NCBI GenBank assembly: GCA_038046345.1
Contig: JBBSWJ010000003.1
Coordinates: forward strand, 1-27,741
DNA: 27,741 bases
Source: Nanobdellota archaeon
GTDB lineage: Archaea > Nanobdellota > Nanobdellia > SCGC-AAA011-G17 > JACPNG01
Reading direction: 5' to 3'
Shown here: piece by piece, positions 1-6,380 of the stretch
Position numbering within the stretch: the stretch's first letter is position 1
Layout: each line of letters begins with the position of its first letter
The notes under the pieces: generated by a model
What the model was told of the DNA's origin: nothing
Databases searched by the model: none
The model's input: the letters and a program-made list of their open reading frames with translations, nothing else
Translations under genes and position numbers: made by a program

Positions 1-313
1 TTGCTCCACCCAAGTCTTCTCCGTCACATTCTTCAGTATCCTGATTTATTATTCCATCACCGCATAATAATGGATCTATTTCAAATGTACAACTATCTGT
101 ATTGTATTGACAGGTTTCTAAGCATGAGATTCTTCCACCTGTAAATTCTAGGCTTACGCATGTTTCTTGTCCAAGGTCTGTTCCATCGCATTCTTCAATT
201 ACTTGATTTACTCTTCCATCACCGCAGTATGGGGGTTGTTCACATTGTTGTGCTGTTAATAACAAAGAAAGTAGTGCTATCAAAAAAAAATGTTCTATCA
301 GCCCCTTCTTCAC
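1..313 (-). CDS. Secreted/lipoprotein Cys-rich repeat protein (Myxococcus Cys-rich repeat/DUF4215-like); runs off the left edge
   Basis: Not in the ORF track. Manual translation from GTG at 313: VKKGLIEHFFLIALLSLLLTAQQCEQPPYCGDGRVNQVIEECDGTDLGQETCVSLEFTGGRISCLETCQYNTDSCTFEIDPLLCGDGIINQDTEECDGEDLGGA. Hydrophobic leader, then two CGDGxxNxxxEECDG units. A TATATATA box lies ~25 nt upstream of the GTG; an in-frame ATG at 361 is an alternative start. Confidence 0.85.
   Translation of the reverse strand, partial: MKKGLIEHFFLIALLSLLLTAQQCEQPPYCGDGRVNQVIEECDGTDLGQETCVSLEFTGGRISCLETCQYNTDSCTFEIDPLLCGDGIINQDTEECDGEDLGGA
28..226. repeat. Intragenic direct repeat encoding the CGDG..EECDG unit, 162-bp (54-aa) period
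   Basis: ccatcaccgca occurs at 54-64 and 216-226; flanks ttcttcagtatcctgattta (from 29) and ttcttcaattacttgattta (from 191) are similar. Confidence 0.8.
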
Positions 314-480
314 ATTAACAGTTACACTCAAGTCGTATATATACCTGTCGATGGTCAACATTTAAAGGAAACTATCAAAAACGAGGATTTACAGTAAAGA
401 TACATGAAGTTTCCTTAGAAGAAGTTATTAGAAACGAACAGAGATAAAAATGAATTAATATTCTGAGCTATAAAATAATA

Positions 481-551
481 AGCGCAGGCTGGGATTTGCA
501 CCCAGGATCAGAGGGTTGCAGCCTCTTGCCTTACTGCTTGGCTACCCGCGC
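481..551 (-). tRNA. tRNA-Cys(GCA), no intron, CCA not encoded
   Basis: Reverse complement folds as GCGCGGG TA GCC AAGCAGTAA GGC A AGAGG CTGCAAC CCTCT GATC CTGGG TGCAAAT CCCAG CCTGCGC T. Anticodon GCA; U73 discriminator typical of tRNA-Cys. Confidence 0.95.
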
Positions 552-635
552 ATAGGATCATTAGTTTACTGAGTGTTTAAATAATTAACTTTGTTAATAT
601 GGGCCCAAGGGGATTTGAACCCCCGATCTACAGCT

Positions 636-658
636 TTCTTCTGGATAACTTATAATAT
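636..658 (-). other. tRNA intron 3 (23 nt, canonical position 37/38)
   Basis: ATATTATAAGTTATCCAGAAGAA. Central helix C32-U33-U34-C35/GAAG, 3' bulge AA|A38, outer helix AGC/GCU. Confidence 0.85.
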
Positions 659-667
659 TAGAAGGCT

Positions 668-688
668 TTAGCGAAACTTTTCAGTTTT
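668..688 (-). other. tRNA intron 2 (21 nt, anticodon stem, position 28/29)
   Basis: AAAACTGAAAAGTTTCGCTAA. Bulge AC|A, 4-bp helix GGCG/CGCU, bulge AA|A, hairpin AAACU-GAAA-AGUUU. Confidence 0.85.
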
Positions 689-703
689 GTCGCCTTATCC
701 AGG

Positions 704-729
704 TTCCCCGAAATGCTTAAAGCAATTCT
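704..729 (-). other. tRNA intron 1 (26 nt, D-loop, position 15/16)
   Basis: AGAATTGCTTTAAGCATTTCGGGGAA. Internal hairpin GAA-U-UGCU(UUA)AGCA-U-UUC; GGG pairs with exon C11-C12-U13; relaxed BHB. Boundary could shift by 1 nt. Confidence 0.75.
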
Positions 730-767
730 CTAGGCTATGGGCCCGCCTAGCTTATTTTCAAATAGAT

Positions 768-783
768 CTTTAAAAAACTTTCT
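768..783 (-). promoter_or_regulatory. BRE-TATA promoter of tRNA-Arg (possibly also tRNA-Cys)
   Basis: Minus strand AGAAAG-TTTTTTAAAG ending 24 nt upstream of tRNA G1. Confidence 0.65.
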
Positions 784-906
784 TTACTGTTTTTTTAAAA
801 CAACCAAGCTTAATCTAAAATATCTTTCATAATCATTAAAGAATTTTCAGTTTTTTGGAGTAACCTTATATTAACCACACTAAAAAAAATATTCCTAAAC
901 AACCTT

Positions 907-913
907 GGAGGTG
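907..913 (+). promoter_or_regulatory. Shine-Dalgarno site
   Basis: GGAGGTG four nt before the ATG at 918. Confidence 0.75.
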
Positions 914-917
914 CTAA

Positions 918-2120
918 ATGAAAAAATTAATTTTGTTATTAACATTGTTACTTGTCCAACCTGTTCTTGGGCAGGTATATATTTCAGAGATCATGTACAA
1001 CCCATATCCAATCAGTGATACCGACGCTGAATGGGTTGAGCTGTATAACTCTGGTCCAGAATCTGTAAGTTTAAATGACTGGACTTTAAATGGAGCAGAA
1101 TTCGATGATGTAACAATCCAGTCAAATCAATTTTTAGTAATAGCGCGTGAATTGACTGATGGTACTGACGAAGACCTTGACAGTTTTGAAACAATTTATG
1201 GAAATGGAGACGGAGTATGGAATGATGGCTTTACAGCTATCGACGGTTCAATATCCCTAACTGATGGTGAAGGAGCAATGCTTGCTAACTCAGACAGTGC
1301 GCAAGACATTGTAAACTACTCAAAATCATGGGGCGGAGATGGTAATGGATTTTCCATACGCAAGAAAGATTTAGTCGGTGAAAACACACCTGACAACTGG
1401 GCAGAACATAAACTTATTGGTGGTACACCTGGAAGCGGGGAGGGCTCAAGTTTGGAAGTATCTTTCTTTGTAGAATCTAGTTTATTAAAAATAAGTAAAC
1501 TATCATTCCCAGACGATACTCCAGCAGAAGGATTTCAAGTTATTCCAACACCGGGTGGGGTAAGAAACTTAACATTTGAAGTTATAGTAGAAGATGCACA
1601 AAATCCATCTGGTAGCATACTCTTCCTTAATGAAGAGATAACCTTAAACGTTGAAGGACCATTACTTTCAGGAAATATCCTGCTACCTTACTCTGTACAA
1701 CCGGGAGGATATAACATATCATACCACCTTGAAGACGGGCCTAAAACTTTGGATGGATCACTAAACTTTGAAGTTATGCCCCTTATTGCTTTACAAGCAA
1801 GTACAAATGCTCTGTCATTTGGGCTAATCCTTCAAAACAGTACATCTGCACCACAAGACGTTACACTAAGTAATCTAGGAAATGTTATTATTGATACAAG
1901 ATTACTTGCAAGTAACTTCTCAAGTAATTCAACAGTGCTTAACCCAAGTGTAATCTCTGTTAATTCTGGAGGGATAATAACAGCTCTGGACTACATAACT
2001 GAAGTTGAGCTTGATCTTGAACCAGGCACTAACAAAGCTGTTAGCTTTACTGCAAGTGTACCATCTGACGCAGTTGAAGGCGAATACACTGGTGCAATAA
2101 ACGTAATAGGAAGACCATGA
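918..2120 (+). CDS. Secreted lamin-tail-domain (LTD) protein with C-terminal Ig-like domains
   Basis: Signal peptide MKKLILLLTLLLVQPVLG; LTD signature VYISEIMYNP..DAEWVELYN..VSLNDWTL ending in GGTPG; beta-rich C-terminus ending VPSDAVEGEYTGAINVIG; SD present. Confidence 0.8.
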   Translation: MKKLILLLTLLLVQPVLGQVYISEIMYNPYPISDTDAEWVELYNSGPESVSLNDWTLNGAEFDDVTIQSNQFLVIARELTDGTDEDLDSFETIYGNGDGVWNDGFTAIDGSISLTDGEGAMLANSDSAQDIVNYSKSWGGDGNGFSIRKKDLVGENTPDNWAEHKLIGGTPGSGEGSSLEVSFFVESSLLKISKLSFPDDTPAEGFQVIPTPGGVRNLTFEVIVEDAQNPSGSILFLNEEITLNVEGPLLSGNILLPYSVQPGGYNISYHLEDGPKTLDGSLNFEVMPLIALQASTNALSFGLILQNSTSAPQDVTLSNLGNVIIDTRLLASNFSSNSTVLNPSVISVNSGGIITALDYITEVELDLEPGTNKAVSFTASVPSDAVEGEYTGAINVIGRP

Positions 2121-2587
2121 AAATCTTTCTTTTTTTCTTAATTTTTATTCCTTCAGTTTATGGTTTAGCTGTTAGCCCAGATTCCTTAAACTTTGAAGAA
2201 GAAACAGCTGTATTATACCTGATTAATGATCGCACTTACTCTGCTTTTTATACTATCCAATGGAACGATGGAAACACTGAGGTTATGTTAAAACCAAAAG
2301 AAGTAAAACCAATCCAATTAAACTCCAAAGAAAAATCTGGAGTTATCACAATAAGCGAAAAATTTGACGGAGAAGGTGTTTTACTTCTGCCCTCTATAGA
2401 AGTACCTTACCAATCAATAAAAAAACCATTTCTGAATAAGATTACTGGAAATGCTGCTGCTAAGTTTAAAGAATTAAATCTATCTAAAAAACATATTATG
2501 ATTTCAAGCGGTGTTGGCCTTTTGTTAATAATCAGCTTTCTCTTTTGGGGATTTCCTAAAAAAAAGAAGACCAAACCACATAAATGA
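2117..2587 (+). CDS. Membrane-anchored Ig-fold-like protein (signal peptide, C-terminal TM, Lys tail)
   Basis: ATGA overlap with upstream gene; leader ending VYG|LAVSP; C-terminal GVGLLLIISFLFWGFP then KKKKTK. Confidence 0.75.
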   Translation: MKIFLFFLIFIPSVYGLAVSPDSLNFEEETAVLYLINDRTYSAFYTIQWNDGNTEVMLKPKEVKPIQLNSKEKSGVITISEKFDGEGVLLLPSIEVPYQSIKKPFLNKITGNAAAKFKELNLSKKHIMISSGVGLLLIISFLFWGFPKKKKTKPHK

Positions 2588-2630
2588 AACAACAATATTT
2601 TTAAATATACTTTTCACTTGAAAAACTTTA

Positions 2631-5276
2631 ATGGACTTAGTAAAGATATCTAAAAAGTGGCAGAAAAAGTGGCAGGACGCACAAATCTTTAAAGTATCAC
2701 ATGACTTTAAGAAAAAAAAGTTTTATGTGCTAGAAATGTATTGTTATCCAAGCAGCCATCTACATATGGGCCATTTAAAAAATTATTCCCTTACTGATGC
2801 GTCTGCCCGATACAAAAGGCTTAACGGATTTAATGTTTTATACCCAACAGGCTACGATTCATTTGGTCTTCCAGCAGAGAATGCTGCAATTAAGTACGGT
2901 GATAACCCTAAAGATTACACAGAAAGAAATATCACAAGAATACGTGAACAACAAAAAGCAATTGGATGGAGTTATGACTGGTCTAGAGAGATTGCTTCTC
3001 ATCGATTAGACTACACTAAATGGGATCAGTATTTCTTCTTAAAACTATTTGAAAAAGGTCTTGCTTACAGGGACAATGCTCCAGTAAATTTTTGTCCTTC
3101 TTGCAAAACAGTACTCGCTAATGAACAAGTAGAAAATGGCACTTGCTGGAGATGCCATAGCAATGTAGAGACCAAACTTCTGGAACAATGGTTTTTACGC
3201 ATTACAAAATACGCTGATGAATTACTTGAAGATCTTGAAGTTCTGGACTGGCCGGACAGAGTTAAGGTCATGCAAAAAAATTGGATCTCCAGAAAAGAAT
3301 GGATTGATATTGACTACCAAATTGATGGTTCTGATAAAAAAATTAAAGTATCCACAACAAGACCAGACACTAACTTTGGTGCAACATTTATAGTTATCGC
3401 ACCAGAACATTCATTAACCAATACCATCCCATCAAAAAACAAGAAAGAAGTAAACGAATACATAGCATATGCAAAAAACAAAACCGAAGAAGACAGAATA
3501 AAAGAAAGCGGAAAGAAAACTGGTGTCTTCACCGGGCTTTACTGTATCAACCCACTAACTAAGAATAAAATGCCAATATGGATTGCTGATTTTATAATTA
3601 CATCAGTTGGCACCGGAGCAGTAGTAGGAGTTCCAGGGCATGACATAAGAGATTTTGATTTCGCTAAAGAATTTGATATTCCAATTGTAAGAGTAGTTAT
3701 TGGAGACAATGGAGACAAATCTGAGATTAATAAAAGAGAACAAGTTTATGAAGGAAAAGGAAAAATGATAAACTCTGGTTTTTTGAATGGTTTAGACACA
3801 GATACTGCTTCTAAAAAGGTTATGGATTATTTTGAAAAAAACAACTGCGGTAAACGAATAGTTCGTTACCGCTTAAGAGACTGGCTTTTATCAAGACAGA
3901 GATATTGGGGCGCACCAATCCCTATAATACACTGTAAATCTTGCGGCATGGTCCCAGTACCTGAATCAGAACTGCCTGTTGAACTACCAAAAAATGTTGA
4001 GTTTACTGGCAAAGGCAATCCACTAGAACATGCACATGATTTCGTAAATGTTACATGCCCAAAATGCGATGGTCCAGCAAAACGTGAAACAGATACATTA
4101 GACACTTTTTTTGATAGCTCATGGTACTTTTTACGTTTTTGTGATCCACAGAACAATGATGAGATGTTTAATGAGGAAATCGCTGACTATTGGATGCCTG
4201 TAGACCAATATATTGGTGGCATAGAACACGCTATACTTCACTTATTATATGCTAGATTTATCACAAAAGCATTAAGAGATCTTGGATTTACAACTATCTC
4301 TGAACCATTCAAGAAGTTATACACCATCGGAATGATAATAAAAGACGGTGCAAAAATGAGTAAATCAGTCGGTAATGTTGTAGACCCAATGCAGATTGCA
4401 GAAACTTTTGGACCAGACACAGCAAGATTATTTATTCTGTCTGCTGCCAGTTATGACAAAGAATTAGAATGGAGCGACAAAGGAGTTGAAGCAGCTAACA
4501 AATTTATCAAGCGTTTTGCTTTGCTGATCTCACCTAGAGCAGTTGTAAATAATACCCAAGATAAATATATTGAAAGTCATCTTAACCTTACCATCAAAGA
4601 GGTAACTGAGTGCATGGAGAAATTTGAATTAAATATTGCAGCTACTAAACTAATGTCATTCACAAATTATCTTAATAAATATAAAAACAATATCAGTGAT
4701 GATGTTTTTAATAAATCCTTAATGTCTATTACAATAATGTTTTCCCCCTTTATTCCACATGTTTGTGAGGAAATCTGGCATGAAATAGGCGGAAAGAATT
4801 TTGTTTCAATCAGCACTTGGCCATTACCTGATGATAAGAAAGTTGATCCTAATATCAAAGTGCTAGACTTAATGATAGAACAAGCTTCAAGAGATATTCA
4901 TGCTGTTCTAAGCTTAGTTAAAATAAAACCTAAAAAAGTTACATTATTCGTCTCTGAATCTTGGAAATATTCTTTATTTTCTAACCTTAAGACCATGCTG
5001 AACAAAACAAGAAATCCTGGCGAGTTAATAAAAGCAGTAATGATTAAGGAACATGCTAAAGAAATTCCTAGAATAGTTAATGACATTTTAAAAAATCCAG
5101 CTAAGATTCCTGCAGTAATGGTTAGTAAACTTGAAGAGCTAGAGGCATTAGAGAGATCTATTGAATTTTTTTCTAAAGAGATTAAACTGCCTGTAGAGGT
5201 AATTGACGCTGATAAATCCAAAGAACAAAAAGCAGCTCAAGCTTACCCAGGAAAACCAGCAATACTAATAGAATAA
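2631..5276 (+). CDS. leuS: Leucine--tRNA ligase
   Basis: HMGH and KMSKS class I motifs; [15 protein letters not shown]; editing-domain TTRPDT and [12 protein letters not shown]; [17 protein letters not shown]; [25 protein letters not shown] box 24 nt upstream of ATG. Confidence 0.98.
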   Translation: MDLVKISKKWQKKWQDAQIFKVSHDFKKKKFYVLEMYCYPSSHLHMGHLKNYSLTDASARYKRLNGFNVLYPTGYDSFGLPAENAAIKYGDNPKDYTERNITRIREQQKAIGWSYDWSREIASHRLDYTKWDQYFFLKLFEKGLAYRDNAPVNFCPSCKTVLANEQVENGTCWRCHSNVETKLLEQWFLRITKYADELLEDLEVLDWPDRVKVMQKNWISRKEWIDIDYQIDGSDKKIKVSTTRPDTNFGATFIVIAPEHSLTNTIPSKNKKEVNEYIAYAKNKTEEDRIKESGKKTGVFTGLYCINPLTKNKMPIWIADFIITSVGTGAVVGVPGHDIRDFDFAKEFDIPIVRVVIGDNGDKSEINKREQVYEGKGKMINSGFLNGLDTDTASKKVMDYFEKNNCGKRIVRYRLRDWLLSRQRYWGAPIPIIHCKSCGMVPVPESELPVELPKNVEFTGKGNPLEHAHDFVNVTCPKCDGPAKRETDTLDTFFDSSWYFLRFCDPQNNDEMFNEEIADYWMPVDQYIGGIEHAILHLLYARFITKALRDLGFTTISEPFKKLYTIGMIIKDGAKMSKSVGNVVDPMQIAETFGPDTARLFILSAASYDKELEWSDKGVEAANKFIKRFALLISPRAVVNNTQDKYIESHLNLTIKEVTECMEKFELNIAATKLMSFTNYLNKYKNNISDDVFNKSLMSITIMFSPFIPHVCEEIWHEIGGKNFVSISTWPLPDDKKVDPNIKVLDLMIEQASRDIHAVLSLVKIKPKKVTLFVSESWKYSLFSNLKTMLNKTRNPGELIKAVMIKEHAKEIPRIVNDILKNPAKIPAVMVSKLEELEALERSIEFFSKEIKLPVEVIDADKSKEQKAAQAYPGKPAILIE

Positions 5277-5304
5277 GATAACATAAAAATTAGCTGATAA
5301 GTCA

Positions 5305-5320
5305 ATTTATTTTTTTTCTT
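5305..5320 (+). terminator. Oligo-T terminator-like tract downstream of leuS
   Basis: T-rich run (atttattttttttctttg) shortly after the leuS stop, at the end of the convergent gene. Confidence 0.4.
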
Positions 5321-5645
5321 TGTAAAACACTTCACCAGTTTGAGGCTCAGTGCTTTCTTGCTGATTGTTTATAACTGAGAATTCAGCTTCTTTTTTCTTT
5401 CTTTTACGGTATATAACAACAACAATAACCACTGCAATAACTATAAACAGTATACCACCAATACCTAAGTATAATGGCATTTTTGAACCGGAAAGCACAG
5501 CACTTCCAGTAACAGCATTGCGAGTGTATAACATAAAGCTTAGTAATAATACTACCACAAATGAAACAGTAACAATTTTTTTATTCATCCACTCATATGG
5601 AAAGTGTAACATTTTTTCTTTAGAACTTTTTTTCTTTGCTTTCAC
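5307..5645 (-). CDS. Small two-TM membrane protein, unknown function
   Basis: Two hydrophobic segments separated by NAVTGSAVL; RKRKKK after the second TM; upstream TTTAAATA box. Confidence 0.7.
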   Translation of the reverse strand: MKAKKKSSKEKMLHFPYEWMNKKIVTVSFVVVLLLSFMLYTRNAVTGSAVLSGSKMPLYLGIGGILFIVIAVVIVVVIYRKRKKKEAEFSVINNQQESTEPQTGEVFYKEKK

Positions 5646-5676
5646 ATAACACTAAAATTATTTAACTATTTAAATC

Positions 5677-6309
5677 TTATTGTGGCAATTGGTATCTTTG
5701 CCACTGCACATATTTATTTTGTATAATCTTATCTCTAACCTTTTGTGTCCATCCACCATCACCATCCTGATTCATAAACGAGCTCTCACTATCATGGTAA
5801 GTATCAGATTCGTTATCTTCAAATTTTATTCTAAACAGATGCCCAACCTCATGCAACATTGAGCTAAATGAATCTAACCTGCCAAATTCATAAATTATTA
5901 TTACACCGTAATCCCATGCTGCTTTTCCACCCAATAGGATTATTGCATCTTCCCCTTTTATTGAGTAACCAGTGCTTCTAGTAAAAAATATACTCACTTC
6001 AGATTTCTCACAAGTTTTCTGAATTTTTTGAAGAGAAAGATCTGTTTGTAGGATTACAACATAAGCAGTAACATTCTCGAGGTTATGCCTCTCAGCCTCA
6101 TAAAACTCAACACCCGCTTGTTCTTCATATTCTTGGGATAACCTTCTAAAATATAAATTTATAAGGCGCGGATCCGCTGGATGAAATACATCATTTACTA
6201 GGCAAGTACTTATACGTCTATTCTCTTGCGCATTCAAGTTATTAGGCGATCTGGTTAATGACAACGCCACAACAATACCGGCTAACCCACTCAGTAGCCT
6301 ACTTTTCAT
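5677..6309 (-). CDS. Secreted zincin (metzincin-like) metallopeptidase
   Basis: Signal peptide; MLHEVGHLF (HExxH); downstream YHD and SSFMNQ (possible third ligand and Met-turn). Confidence 0.7.
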   Translation of the reverse strand: MKSRLLSGLAGIVVALSLTRSPNNLNAQENRRISTCLVNDVFHPADPRLINLYFRRLSQEYEEQAGVEFYEAERHNLENVTAYVVILQTDLSLQKIQKTCEKSEVSIFFTRSTGYSIKGEDAIILLGGKAAWDYGVIIIYEFGRLDSFSSMLHEVGHLFRIKFEDNESDTYHDSESSFMNQDGDGGWTQKVRDKIIQNKYVQWQRYQLPQ

Positions 6310-6380
6310 TAAAAATTAAAAGTCACACTTGTATATAATTATTATTAAACATCAATATAAACACCACTTAAGCTAATGGA

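Larger units (their letters stand above)
600..744 (-). tRNA. tRNA-Arg(TCT) with three introns (15/16, 28/29, 37/38)
   Basis: Removing 704-729, 668-688 and 636-658 gives a complete 75-nt cloverleaf: GGGCCCA TA GCCT AGCCTGGATA AGGC G ACAGC CTTCTAA GCTGT AGATC GGGGG TTCAAAT CCCCT TGGGCCC A. 75+26+21+23=145 nt, matching the span. Confidence 0.9.

Noticed and set aside
319-447. Open plus-strand frame ending ...KGNYQKRGFTVKIHEVSLEEVIRNEQR, downstream of tRNA-Cys
   Set aside because: No start codon or SD, and it overlaps the promoter of the Cys-rich gene. It could be a gene remnant, but there is no att duplication or integrase to support an island.
678-688. CUGA (box D-like) inside tRNA intron 2
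   Set aside because: The intron is only 21 nt, has no box C, and the motif is part of the hairpin stem and loop; not a C/D guide RNA.
5365-5649. 94-aa plus-strand ORF
   Set aside because: Antisense to the 112-aa membrane protein, which has a promoter and sensible topology.
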